The notes beneath the pieces are model-generated. The model was not told the DNA's origin, searched no databases, and saw only the letters and a program-made list of their open reading frames with translations. 64,000 nucleotides of DNA, taken from Candidatus Latescibacterota bacterium. Lineage in GTDB: Bacteria > Latescibacterota > UBA2968. Of this stretch, positions 28,255 through 37,993 are shown one piece after another. The first letter of the stretch is position 1. The number at the start of each line of letters is the position of its first letter. Made by a program: the position numbers and the translations under genes. The DNA lies in NCBI GenBank assembly GCA_965207885.1, contig OZ242311.1, positions 4,896,001 to 4,960,000 of the forward strand. The letters are read 5' to 3'.

Positions 28255-29292
28255 ATGGATATGACATTTCCAGGAGCAGAATGGGAGACGAGACCGCCTG
28301 GCGACCTCGGGTTTGACGCGGAGAAACTCGCGCGGGTGCAGAGGTGGTTGCGCGAGGTGGCAGGTGACAGGTCCTTTCAGGTGGGGATTGCGCGTTATGG
28401 GTATCTCGCTGCGGAGTGGCGGCAAGGTGTTGCGGCTGATTCTTCGCACTCACAGGCGTCCGCGGCTAAGTCGTATTATTCGACGCTTTTGGGTATTATA
28501 GTGGCCGAGGGCAAGTTGTCTTCGCCAGATGAAAGAGTTGTCGATTACTACCCAGAGATGATGGATGTGGGAGAGCAGGAGGGACCAAAGCCCGGACGGT
28601 ATGCGTTCGAGAAAGATCGCGATATTACTTTTCGGCATTTGATATGCAATGTGTCGGGCTATATGAAGCCGGGGGAGAAGCCGGGGAAAGTTTTTCACTA
28701 TCAGACTTATGGGATGAATATTCTTACCCACGCTATGGCTAAAATTTATGGGTGTTACGATGCAGATGATCCCGAAGGTTTGCCGGGATGCGGGAAGGTG
28801 ATCGAAGAAAAGTTGCGCGATCCCATTGGTGGCATATGGACGCATTCGCATTCTAATTTTGATCTGTGGCCCAGTGCGAGATTAAATATTTTTGGGTATT
28901 ACACGCAGGTGCATACCACACTGCGAGATCAATTGCGGGTGGGACACTTGTGGGCCAATTACGGCAATTGGAATGGGGTTCAGGTTGCGCCCGAGAGTTA
29001 CCTGCGCGAGGCAACGGTGACGAATGATTTTATTCTGGAAAACGAACCCAAAGAGAACTGGAAATACGGGCACGGATTTTGGTGCAATGATCGCGGGATG
29101 CAGTGGAAAGATGCACCGAGAGACTCTTTTGCCGCATCGGGCGCTGGTGCAAAGCATATCTGGATGTGCCCGCGGTTGGGGCTGGTTATCGCGCAAAATC
29201 CAGGTCTGTGGGATCAGTTCAGGGAAGAGCAAGATAAGATCGGAAGTCAGAATGAGGTGATTGCGCGAGTTGTGAATGCGGTAAAGGAATAG
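28255..29292 (+). CDS. Serine hydrolase, beta-lactamase/AmpC-like family
   Basis: SxxK (SAAKS), ITFRHL, PGKVFHY, YGHGFW, FAASGAG. Confidence 0.8.
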   Translation: MDMTFPGAEWETRPPGDLGFDAEKLARVQRWLREVAGDRSFQVGIARYGYLAAEWRQGVAADSSHSQASAAKSYYSTLLGIIVAEGKLSSPDERVVDYYPEMMDVGEQEGPKPGRYAFEKDRDITFRHLICNVSGYMKPGEKPGKVFHYQTYGMNILTHAMAKIYGCYDADDPEGLPGCGKVIEEKLRDPIGGIWTHSHSNFDLWPSARLNIFGYYTQVHTTLRDQLRVGHLWANYGNWNGVQVAPESYLREATVTNDFILENEPKENWKYGHGFWCNDRGMQWKDAPRDSFAASGAGAKHIWMCPRLGLVIAQNPGLWDQFREEQDKIGSQNEVIARVVNAVKE

Positions 29293-29305
29293 GGAGGATA
29301 TATAG

Positions 29306-30628
29306 ATGGATGCAAAAACCAAAAAGTTGCAGGTGGATCAGGCTGTGAAATCGCAATCGCGGCGGGCGTTTAATCTGTCGCGGAGTATTCACGGCTGGGC
29401 AGAGCGGCCGTTTCAAGAATACGAGTCGTCGAAGGCATTGGCGGCGTATTTGGAGGAGAACGGATTTCAAATTGAATTTCCGTGGAAAAATATCCCAACG
29501 GCTTTTCGCGCCACATGGGGCACGGGCAAACCCACTATTGGCATGTTGGGGGAGTACGATGCATTGCCCAATTGCGGTGCTGAAGAGGGCACCTGGGGCC
29601 ACGGCTGAGGCCATAATCTTTTGGGCGTTGCCCCGGCCGCAGGTGCGGTTGCTGCAAAAACAGTATTGGAAAATTTGAAATCGTCTGGTCAGATCATTTA
29701 TTACGGCTGTCCGGCCGAAGAGACGCTGGCGGGCAAGGTGTATATGGCCCGCGATGGTGCATTTCGAGATCTGGATGCGGTGCTGGCATGGCATCCAGGA
29801 TCGGGTACGGGTGTTAGCAATTATGGCGGTTCGTCACTGGATTCGCTGGTGTATGAGTTTTTTGGCAAGACGTCTCACGGCGCGAGTGCTCACAATGGGC
29901 GGAGTGCATTAGACGGGGTGATGTTGATGGATGTTGCGGCGAATTATTTGCGCGAGCACGTTCCCGAAAATGTGCGTATTCACTGTGTGATTCGAGATGG
30001 TGGGGATGCGCCCAATGTGGTTCCGGCTTATGCGAAGGTGTGGTACTATGTGCGGGGGAAGGATCGTGAACAGGTGAATAAAGTACGCAAGCGATTGACC
30101 AAATGCGCCAGGGGTGCGGCGATGGCCACGGAAACGACTATGAAATGGCATCGTATCACGGCTGTGTACCCGCGTTTGCCAAATGATGTGATGTGCGAAA
30201 CTGTGCGTCAAAATCTCGAATTATTCGGTCCACCTCGTGCGTCAAAAAAAGATAAGGAACGCGTAAAGGAATTGGGATACAAAGGTGAATTTGACGGGAA
30301 GATCAAAAAGGGGAAGGGTTCACAGGGCCGCGGGTCTTCGGATGAAGATAATGTGTCGTGGCTGGCACCGATGGGTCGGTTTCAGATGGTGTGTTATACC
30401 AAGGGCACGCCGGGTCATCACCGCGATATGACCGCACAGGCAATAATGCCTTATGCCGAGCGCGCGGTTTTGCAAACGGCCAAGGTTTTTGCGGGATCGG
30501 CTATTGATCTGATTTTGGACAAAAAGGTGTTGCAAGCAGCCCGTGCGGAATTTGTGAAGGGAACAAAGGAGTTTGAGTACGATCCGCTGATCCCAAAACG
30601 CCAGAAGGTTCCCGTGGACCCTCCGTAG
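29306..30628 (+). CDS. M20D/AbgB-like amidohydrolase, 440 aa with in-frame TGA (29606-29608) predicted as selenocysteine
   Basis: ORF-track pieces 29306-29608 and 29621-30628 are in the same frame. Joined they read EYDALP...GHG-[TGA]-GHNLLG, followed by intact CPAEE, WHP, GRSALD, NYLREH, APNVVP, GSSD and TPGH motifs. Confidence 0.85.
29609..29650 (+). promoter_or_regulatory. Candidate bacterial SECIS element
   Basis: GGCC (29609-12)/GGCC (29635-38) lower stem with a GGGC-GUU-GCCC (29623-33) apical hairpin 18 nt after UGA; alternative GGCCGC-AGGU-GCGGUU (29635-50). Confidence 0.55.
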
Positions 30629-30641
30629 AAGGAGAAAAGAT

Positions 30642-31634
30642 TTGAAAGCACAACGATTAATATGCACAGATGTCCGGCGGATTGAATTAGAGGATTTTGA
30701 TTTGCCGCGTGTGCCAGATAATGGCATTTTGGTGCAAAACGATTATACCGCCATGAGTGTTGGTACGGAAATTTACAATTATGCGCACGGGGGTGAACCG
30801 TCGCGTGCAAGGACATTTCCGCGGCCAACAGGGTATTGCAATACGGGTGTGGTGCTCGAGGTGGGCAATGATGTAAAGGGGTTGGAGCCCGGCGACCGCA
30901 TTGCCGCGCAGGGCAATCACGCCAGTCATGCGGTTATGAGCGGGAATTTTTTTAGAGCGCCCGAAGGTGTTTCGCCCAGGTCCGCGGCTTTTATGGTTAT
31001 GTGTGCTATTGCCATGCACGGGCATCGGGTTGGGCGTCCGGAATTGGGTGAGGTTGTTGCGATTACCGGTATGGGGATTGTGGGCCAGTTGGCTGCGACC
31101 TTTGCGCGGTTGGCCGGTGCGCTCTCGGTTATTGCGATTGATCTGGATGATTTTCGGTTGGGTAAAGCGAGAGATAGGGGGGCAGATATTTGTATTAACC
31201 CCAATACTGCAGGGGATGTCGCCGAAGTGGTGCGCGAGCATTGCGTGGGCGATGGGGTCGATCTGGTGATTGAAGCGACGGGTATTCCGGCGGTTTATCC
31301 CATGGCATTGACCTTGCCTCGGCTGGGTGGCCGTCTGGTCGCGCTGGGGTCTCCGCGCGGTAGTGTGGAAGTGAGTTTTTTGCCCGAGGTTCACTTGCGC
31401 GAGATCACGGTTTTGGGCGCGCATCAGCCCAAGACACCGGATGATGACCATATTTATTATCCTTGGAGCAAGCGCAGAGATCGCGAACTAATTTTGCGTT
31501 TGATGGCTGCGGGCAAGTTGCCCATCGAGGATCTGATTACCCATGTCGCCAATCCCGCCGATTGCCAGGCTACCTACGACATGCTCGCCGATAATCCGAG
31601 AGAAGTGTTGGGCGTGGTATTTGAGTGGGGGTGA
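30642..31634 (+). CDS. Zinc-binding (MDR) dehydrogenase, BchC-like subgroup
   Basis: SVGTE, GYCNTG, GMGIVG Rossmann motif, IEATG, LITH. TTG start with AAGGAG. Confidence 0.85.
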   Translation: MKAQRLICTDVRRIELEDFDLPRVPDNGILVQNDYTAMSVGTEIYNYAHGGEPSRARTFPRPTGYCNTGVVLEVGNDVKGLEPGDRIAAQGNHASHAVMSGNFFRAPEGVSPRSAAFMVMCAIAMHGHRVGRPELGEVVAITGMGIVGQLAATFARLAGALSVIAIDLDDFRLGKARDRGADICINPNTAGDVAEVVREHCVGDGVDLVIEATGIPAVYPMALTLPRLGGRLVALGSPRGSVEVSFLPEVHLREITVLGAHQPKTPDDDHIYYPWSKRRDRELILRLMAAGKLPIEDLITHVANPADCQATYDMLADNPREVLGVVFEWG

Positions 31635-31684
31635 TCTCGCCTGCTAAAATAAAATTCCTGTCAGAACCATAGAGGAGATCGAAT

Positions 31685-32509
31685 ATGAGATGTCACTCTT
31701 TTAAAAATTACAAGTACGGCCCCCATGAGCGGAACGTATTTGATTTTTATCCGGCACAATCAGACGAACCCACCCCTGTTGCAGTGTATATTCACGGCGG
31801 CGGTTTTAGAAATGGCAGCAAGGATGGGATTGGTAATGAGACATTGAAAGCTTTATTAGATGCGGGCATTTCTGTCGCGGCTTTTAACTATCGTTATGTC
31901 CAGCAGGCTCCTTTGCCTGCTGCGCACTACGATTGCCGACGAGCGCTTCAGCTTCTGCGTTCCAAAGCCACCGAATGGAACATCGATAAAAATCGGATCG
32001 GTGCATTTGGCGGATCGGCCGGAGCACAAATTTGCATGTATCTTGCTTTTCACGAAGACATGGCCCGTCCAGACAGCGGTGATCCAATCGAACGCGAATC
32101 TACCAGACTTCAGGCCGTGGCTACATCTGGCGGTCAGACCACGATGGACGTTGCCTGGTGGAAGAAGAATATTCCTGGATACGCCGAATCCCATCGAGAT
32201 TTTTATCAGACATTGGGCGCAACGACCCAGGAAGAATATCAGAATCGCGTAAGCGAGATTTCGGCGCTTGATCTGGTATCAAAGGACGACCCCGCTATTT
32301 ATATGAGTTATAGAATGTCACCGAAAGACCCTGTGCCAGAAGGACAGACTGCTCGTGGTTGGAAAGTGCATCACGTGCAGTTTGGTGTTGCTTTAAAAGA
32401 AAAAATGGCAGCGCTTGGTATAGAATCTGATCTGGTTTATCCAGGTTCAAAAAATAAATATCAAAGCAATGTTGACTACTTTATCTCAATGTTAAAAAAT
32501 AGGAAATAG
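31685..32509 (+). CDS. Alpha/beta hydrolase (HSL/BD-FAE-like esterase)
   Basis: IHGGGF, NYR, GGSAGA, late HH candidate catalytic His; GAGGAG RBS. Confidence 0.85.
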   Translation: MRCHSFKNYKYGPHERNVFDFYPAQSDEPTPVAVYIHGGGFRNGSKDGIGNETLKALLDAGISVAAFNYRYVQQAPLPAAHYDCRRALQLLRSKATEWNIDKNRIGAFGGSAGAQICMYLAFHEDMARPDSGDPIERESTRLQAVATSGGQTTMDVAWWKKNIPGYAESHRDFYQTLGATTQEEYQNRVSEISALDLVSKDDPAIYMSYRMSPKDPVPEGQTARGWKVHHVQFGVALKEKMAALGIESDLVYPGSKNKYQSNVDYFISMLKNRK

Positions 32510-32624
32510 ACGAATTTGAGGCACCAGTTTGGCCCTTTTTTCTTTGACAAGTCGCTCTTGGAGCGCAATTATAGGGGTTGTAAAAATGCAGATTCAATGT
32601 TTAAAGATATTTACGAGGTGATCA

Positions 32625-33122
32625 ATGGCTTTCAAGACCACTGATTTGTGCGATGAACACGAAACCGACCCGGCACTTCAAGTTGCCGAGCCGATATTCA
32701 ACGACTACGGCGGTGTTACGGCATTTTGCGGTCCGATTGCCACGGTCAAAGTTCACGAAGACAATGTGCTCGTGCGCGAGATACTCGAAACGCCGGGCGA
32801 GGGGCGCGTTCTCGTCGTCGATGGCGAGGGTTCGATGTGGTGCGCGCTTTTGGGGGATATGGTCGCTGAAATCGCCAGCGACAACGGCTGGTCGGGGATT
32901 GTCATAAATGGCGGTGTGCGCGATGTGTCTGAACTTGCACAAATTGAAATAGGCGTCAAAGCGCGTTTTGCTGTGCCGCGCCGCAGCCGAAAAGAAGGCA
33001 AGGGCCGCCAGGATACGCCTCTTGCTTTTGCCGGTGTCGCCTTTCTTCCGGGCGATTATCTCTACGCCGATGAAGACGGTATTTTGATTGCCACGCGAGA
33101 TTTGTTAGAAGCGCAGGATTGA
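32625..33122 (+). CDS. rraA: RraA family protein (RNase E regulator / HMG aldolase-like)
   Basis: TTDLCD, FCGPIATVK.HEDN, VLVVDG.GS..CALLGD, GGVRD, YADEDG. Confidence 0.9.
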   Translation: MAFKTTDLCDEHETDPALQVAEPIFNDYGGVTAFCGPIATVKVHEDNVLVREILETPGEGRVLVVDGEGSMWCALLGDMVAEIASDNGWSGIVINGGVRDVSELAQIEIGVKARFAVPRRSRKEGKGRQDTPLAFAGVAFLPGDYLYADEDGILIATRDLLEAQD

Positions 33123-33156
33123 CTTGCAATACAACCCTTACACTATGGAGACAACT

Positions 33157-34524
33157 ATGCCGCAGACAGATCGACCCAATATTCTCTTTATTATGGACGA
33201 CCAGCATCGTTTTGATTATATGGGCTGTGCAGGTGCTGATTTTGTTCGCACGCCCAATATTGACCGCCTGGCAAAGCAGGGGGTGCATTTTACTCAATGC
33301 ACGACAAATTGCCCTGTTTGCGCACCTTCGCGCATTGCACTGGCTTCTGGCATGCAGCCCTCGCGCCTCGGTTGCGTTGGGAACAATTGCTTCTTGCCTC
33401 GCAGCCAACCGACTTATTACCAGCAATTGCGCGATTACAATTATTACGTGGGTTGTGTGGGTAAGCTCGATCTGGCCAAACCCGATGGGTACAACGGACG
33501 CGATGGCGATAGGCCAGCTACGTATATGTGGGGCTTTACTCATCCGGTCGAATGCGAGGGCAAAATGCACGCTGGGCACTCCAAAACACCGCAGGGTCCT
33601 TATAACCACTTTTTGGAGGAAAGAGGGTTGCTCGGTGCTTTTGTCGATGATTATACCCGTCGCTCCAACGAGGGTTATCACGCTTCCTGTCACGATTCGG
33701 TCTTACCCACCGAAGCTTTTGAGGATGTGTATATTGGGCAGCGATCTGTCGAGTGGATTGAGAATATTCCCGGGGATTTTCCCTGGCATTTATTTGTGAG
33801 CTTTGTGGGGCCTCACGATCCTTTTGATCCGCCAGCCGAATACGGGGAGAAGTACCGCGATGCAGAGATGCCACCCGCTACGCCTGCAAATTTGCCGGGT
33901 AAGCCCGCTTACTTGAAAGATCGCATCAAAGACATGACCCCTGAAAAAATCGCAGAGACCCGACGGCAATATTGCGCGGCAATTGAAGTTATTGACGATC
34001 AGATCGGCGAGATGCTCGCGGCAGTAGAACGGCGGGGGATGACCGATAATACGTATGTTATCTTTTCCAGTGACCACGGAGAAATGCTGGGCGATCACGG
34101 TTTGTACACCAAAAGCGTGCCTTACGAAGCATCGGTACATGTTCCGCTCATTGTTGCGGGTCCCGGTATTGAAGGCGGTCGCGTCTCAGATGCTCTTGTT
34201 GAACTCATTGACATGAATCCAACGATATGTGATCTCGCTAGCGTGCCTCCGCTTTCGGATATCGATGCGCGATCAATTGGCGCGGTGCTTCGCAGAGAGG
34301 CAGAGGAACACCGCACGGAAACCGTGAGTGGCATACAAAATTTCAGGTGTATCCGTACGCGGGAGTACAAATTGGTCGAGAACTACAACGATGTTACGGA
34401 ACTCTACGATTTGATTGCAGATCCGACAGAAGAACACAATATTGCCGAACAGGAGCCAGAGGTACGGCGCGAATTGTCTCGCCGTCTCTCAGCGCGTTAT
34501 TTAGAAGGCACATGGTATCGGTAG
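33157..34524 (+). CDS. Cys-type formylglycine-dependent sulfatase
   Basis: PNILFIMDDQ, TPNIDRLA, CAPSR, GPHDPF, SDHGE, ELYDL.ADP.E; GGAG before ATG 33157. Confidence 0.9.
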   Translation: MPQTDRPNILFIMDDQHRFDYMGCAGADFVRTPNIDRLAKQGVHFTQCTTNCPVCAPSRIALASGMQPSRLGCVGNNCFLPRSQPTYYQQLRDYNYYVGCVGKLDLAKPDGYNGRDGDRPATYMWGFTHPVECEGKMHAGHSKTPQGPYNHFLEERGLLGAFVDDYTRRSNEGYHASCHDSVLPTEAFEDVYIGQRSVEWIENIPGDFPWHLFVSFVGPHDPFDPPAEYGEKYRDAEMPPATPANLPGKPAYLKDRIKDMTPEKIAETRRQYCAAIEVIDDQIGEMLAAVERRGMTDNTYVIFSSDHGEMLGDHGLYTKSVPYEASVHVPLIVAGPGIEGGRVSDALVELIDMNPTICDLASVPPLSDIDARSIGAVLRREAEEHRTETVSGIQNFRCIRTREYKLVENYNDVTELYDLIADPTEEHNIAEQEPEVRRELSRRLSARYLEGTWYR

Positions 34525-34533
34525 GAGGGAATC

Positions 34534-35517
34534 GTGAAATACACCAAACTGCCCGGCACGGATATCGATGTTTCCGTTATTGCTCTGGGCTGCTGGCCTT
34601 TTGCTGGTGGTGATGTTTGGGGAGAGCAAGACGACGATGTGTCTATCGCGACGGTGCATGCCGCACTCGATGCGGGTATTACCTTTTTTGATACGGCAGA
34701 AGGCTATGGTAAGTCCGAGCGCGTGCTGGGACAGGGTCTCAAAGGTCGTCGGCAAGACGCGGTGATTGCCACCAAAGTTGGCGGCGGTCATCTTTCTTCC
34801 GATGATTTGCCCAGAGCCTGCGAACAGAGCTTGAAAAGTCTGCAAACAGATTATATCGATCTATACCAAATTCACTGGCCCAATCACAATATTCCCATCG
34901 CAGAAACAGCAAGCGCGCTTCAGCGTCTCCGCGATCAGGGAAAAATTCGGGCTATTGGCGTTTGCAATTTTGCTTGCGGCGATTTGCGCGACTTGCTCGC
35001 TGTTGTCGATATTGTCACCAATCAGTTGTCTTTTAGTTTGCTCTGGCGCATTATTGAACGCGAGATTCAGCCGATGTGTTTGGAAAACAATATTGGCATT
35101 ATCTGTTATAGCCCGCTGATGCAGGGGTTGCTTACCGGACGTTATGCCTCTGCGGATGATGTGCCAGATGGTCTGGCGCGAACCCGCCTGTTTTCGGATG
35201 ACCGCCCCATGGCCAGACACGGTGAAGAAGGCTGTGAGGCCGAAGTGTTTGACGCGCTGGAAAAAATTCGCGATGTTGCCGATGAAGCAGGCGTGGCAAT
35301 GGCAGAGATTGCCCTTGCCTGGGCACTACAACAACCCGGTATTACATCGCTTCTGGTGGGCGCGAGAAATCCCGATGAAGTGCAATGGAATCTCCCTTCG
35401 GTTGATCTCGCATTGTCAGAAGATATATTGCAACGCTTATCTGAAATTACAGAGGGTGTTAAAGACAAACTCGGCAATAATCCCGATATGTGGATGTCGG
35501 AGTCGAGGATGAGGTAG
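34534..35517 (+). CDS. Aldo/keto reductase
   Basis: FDTAEGY, IATK, DYIDLYQIHWP, GKIRAIGVCN, YSPL. Confidence 0.92.
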   Translation: MKYTKLPGTDIDVSVIALGCWPFAGGDVWGEQDDDVSIATVHAALDAGITFFDTAEGYGKSERVLGQGLKGRRQDAVIATKVGGGHLSSDDLPRACEQSLKSLQTDYIDLYQIHWPNHNIPIAETASALQRLRDQGKIRAIGVCNFACGDLRDLLAVVDIVTNQLSFSLLWRIIEREIQPMCLENNIGIICYSPLMQGLLTGRYASADDVPDGLARTRLFSDDRPMARHGEEGCEAEVFDALEKIRDVADEAGVAMAEIALAWALQQPGITSLLVGARNPDEVQWNLPSVDLALSEDILQRLSEITEGVKDKLGNNPDMWMSESRMR

Positions 35518-35592
35518 TTTTTCGAAACAAATTTTACTCGTATTTGTCTCATTTTTTAGATACGCTACGTTAAAGACGATCAGGAGGCTCTC

Positions 35593-35940
35593 ATGGCTCA
35601 TCTTCAGATTGACGACCCAGAAACATTTTTTCGCACATTTGCAGATCTTTTGGCTGCTGGCGAAGACGACAAGCACATGGCCCGAAAATTGGGATGCTCG
35701 CGGGGCGAAAGCAAGCGCAGGCGACAGGCATTTCAAAAAGGGGGCATTGTGACTGAAAAAGGCGTATCGAAAGAAAAATTGGATGCGTGGCTGTCTTCAA
35801 GTGACGGCCAGCGCGCACAACGCCAGTGGGAAGGCCATCACAAGCGTCAACAAGCTATGGGAGCAACGGGTACCAAACCGCAAAAGGGATTTCGCAGACA
35901 GCCCGAAGTCAAGCGCGGTTGGATGCGGCAAAAGATTTGA
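35593..35940 (+). CDS. Basic hypothetical protein, possible HTH
   Basis: 115 aa with AGGAGG RBS and a terminator downstream; MARKLGCSR resembles an HTH turn. Confidence 0.65.
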   Translation: MAHLQIDDPETFFRTFADLLAAGEDDKHMARKLGCSRGESKRRRQAFQKGGIVTEKGVSKEKLDAWLSSSDGQRAQRQWEGHHKRQQAMGATGTKPQKGFRRQPEVKRGWMRQKI

Positions 35941-35960
35941 GGTAGTACAATACCATCAAA

Positions 35961-35997
35961 ATAAAAGGCCGATGGGCAATGTCCATCGGCCTTTTAT
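35961..35997. terminator. Bidirectional terminator between convergent genes
   Basis: ATAAAAGGCCGATGGGC-AAT-GTCCATCGGCCTTTTAT. Confidence 0.85.
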
Positions 35998-36010
35998 ATT
36001 TCTATATCTC

Positions 36011-36985
36011 TCATCGGTCGTCGCGTTTTAAGTCCAGCCAATTGAGTTCTTCTGGTGTGAGTTTTAAGTTGAGGGCTTCGATATTGGCCTTGCACTCATC
36101 GGGATGGAATACGCCGATGAGTGAAAAGAGATTCAGGGGCTGATTCAGGTTAAATGCCAGCGCGATTTGTGGCACGGTTAGCCCTTTTTCTTTTGCCAAT
36201 TCTCCCGCGCGGTCCAGGCGTTTGAAATTTTGTTCGTAACAATAGGCTTCAACACAAGAGCCGGGCAGGTTTGCCTTGTAGTCTTCAAAGGTTTCGCGCG
36301 TGAATCTGCCTGAGAAAAATCCCTGTGCGAGACTCGACCAGGTAAACAGGGGCATGTTTTGTTCCGCATACCACGCGCGGTCCGCCTCGTTGTTGGGCCC
36401 ACTGATGCTGATACAGCCTCTCCAGGGTTCTTTCACTTGTTCTGCAAGGCTGTAATTGGGACTGCTCACGGTAAATGGTTCCAGGTTGTGCTTATATGCG
36501 TATTCATTGGCTTCTTGAATGCGCGGCACTGTCCAGTTCGATCCGCCAAATAGTCCGATTCGACCCGCTGCTTTGTGTTCGTTTAGTATCTCTACTATGG
36601 GACCAACTTCGACATTGGGATCGTCGCGGTGCAATACGTAGATGTCGATAAAATTCGTTCGGCAACGTTCCAATGACGTGGTCAGGTCTGCCGTAATATC
36701 AGGCGGGGTGACTTTATTTTTGTTTCCAGTGTGGTGCGCCCCCTTTGTTAAGATGACGGCTTCTTCGAATATGCCGCGCTCGTCGAGCCATTGGCCCAGA
36801 ACACGCTCACACTGCCCGCCGCCGTAAATATATGCTCCGTCAAAGCCGTTGACGCCGAGTGCCCATACGCCGTCTAACAGGTCAAATGATTCTTGCAGGT
36901 GATCTTCGCGCAACATCATTGTACCTTGCAAAATGCGCGAAACTTTTTTGTTCATTCCTTCAATTGTGCCGTATTCCATTGGCAT
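36011..36985 (-). CDS. Aldo/keto reductase
   Basis: FDGAYIYG, LTKG, IDIYVLHRDD, GGSNW, WSSLAQG. Confidence 0.9.
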   Translation of the reverse strand: MPMEYGTIEGMNKKVSRILQGTMMLREDHLQESFDLLDGVWALGVNGFDGAYIYGGGQCERVLGQWLDERGIFEEAVILTKGAHHTGNKNKVTPPDITADLTTSLERCRTNFIDIYVLHRDDPNVEVGPIVEILNEHKAAGRIGLFGGSNWTVPRIQEANEYAYKHNLEPFTVSSPNYSLAEQVKEPWRGCISISGPNNEADRAWYAEQNMPLFTWSSLAQGFFSGRFTRETFEDYKANLPGSCVEAYCYEQNFKRLDRAGELAKEKGLTVPQIALAFNLNQPLNLFSLIGVFHPDECKANIEALNLKLTPEELNWLDLKRDDR

Positions 36986-36989
36986 AATA

Positions 36990-37976
36990 TTATTTCCTTT
37001 CCATCGGATATTTCAATCCCCATTGTTCTCGAATCGCGTCCAGGGTCTGCATATTGGCAAGTGTATCATTGTGTGACATGAGATCGCTTTCCAGCTTGCC
37101 TTCTCTTACGCAGCGGGCCACTTCGGCAGCTTCACACTCGTATCCATTGCCAGCGCATTCCAGTGTCACCTCTTCTTCTTTGTCGCCTGTAGATAGGATT
37201 GCCGTGCGTCCATCCCAAAACCGCGGTACGGTGATCATGCCATCTGTGCCGAGGATTTTTGCCTCGTGCGGGGTCTTGATTCGCACGCCGCATGAAATCA
37301 ATGCGAGTTGCCCTTTGTCGTAGCCAAATACTATAGCCGCCTGTTCATCTACTCCGGTTTCGCCAATATGCGCCTGGCTCGAAATGGTGGCGGGTTGTGT
37401 GTCGAAGATCATGGACGCATAGGAGATGGGGTAGATACCGATATCGAGCAGGCCGCCGCCGCCGAGTGCGAGATCGAATAAGCGTCCTTTGGGATTGATA
37501 CGGGCGCGAAATCCAAAATCGGCGTATAACATCCGAACTTCGCCAATTGCGCCGTCTGTGACCCACGCCTTTACCTGTTGGGTGATGGGCAAAAAACGGG
37601 TCCACATGGCTTCCATCAAAAACACGCCTTCGCCGCGGGCGACTTCGATAACTTCTATGGCTTCGTGCTGGTTGATTGTAAATGGTTTTTCGCACAACAC
37701 GGGCTTGCCCGCTTTCAGGCATGAGATGCTGTTCTCTTTGTGAAAGGGGTGGGGCGTTGCCACATAAACAGCATCGACTTCTGGATCTTCGGCGAGTGCT
37801 TCATAAGAGGCGTGGCGATTGGGTACATCATACGCATCGGCAAAGGCGTCGGCGCGTTCCTGACTGCGCGATCCCACAGCGACGATTTGTGCATCGTCGA
37901 GGGCGCGCAATCCCGTGGCGAACTTGTGTGCGATACTACCGGGACCGATAATGCCCCAGCGGAAAATATTACCCAT
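36990..37976 (-). CDS. Gfo/Idh/MocA oxidoreductase (dihydrodiol/xylose dehydrogenase-like)
   Basis: WGIIGPGSIA, YVATPH, LCEKP, MEAMWTRF, GGGLLDIGIY. Confidence 0.92.
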   Translation of the reverse strand: MGNIFRWGIIGPGSIAHKFATGLRALDDAQIVAVGSRSQERADAFADAYDVPNRHASYEALAEDPEVDAVYVATPHPFHKENSISCLKAGKPVLCEKPFTINQHEAIEVIEVARGEGVFLMEAMWTRFLPITQQVKAWVTDGAIGEVRMLYADFGFRARINPKGRLFDLALGGGGLLDIGIYPISYASMIFDTQPATISSQAHIGETGVDEQAAIVFGYDKGQLALISCGVRIKTPHEAKILGTDGMITVPRFWDGRTAILSTGDKEEEVTLECAGNGYECEAAEVARCVREGKLESDLMSHNDTLANMQTLDAIREQWGLKYPMERK

Positions 37977-37993
37977 TGTTTATCCTCTTCTGA

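Noticed and set aside
28255-29292. Beta-lactam resistance gene
   Set aside because: SxxK fold only; no signal peptide, YxN and KTG motifs are not canonical, and the context is catabolic.
29306-30628. Two separate genes (100 aa + 335 aa) or a decayed pseudogene
   Set aside because: Both parts are in one frame, the only lesion is a TGA at the conserved Cys, the second part has no RBS, and all other motifs are intact. A simple nonsense mutation remains possible but is less parsimonious.
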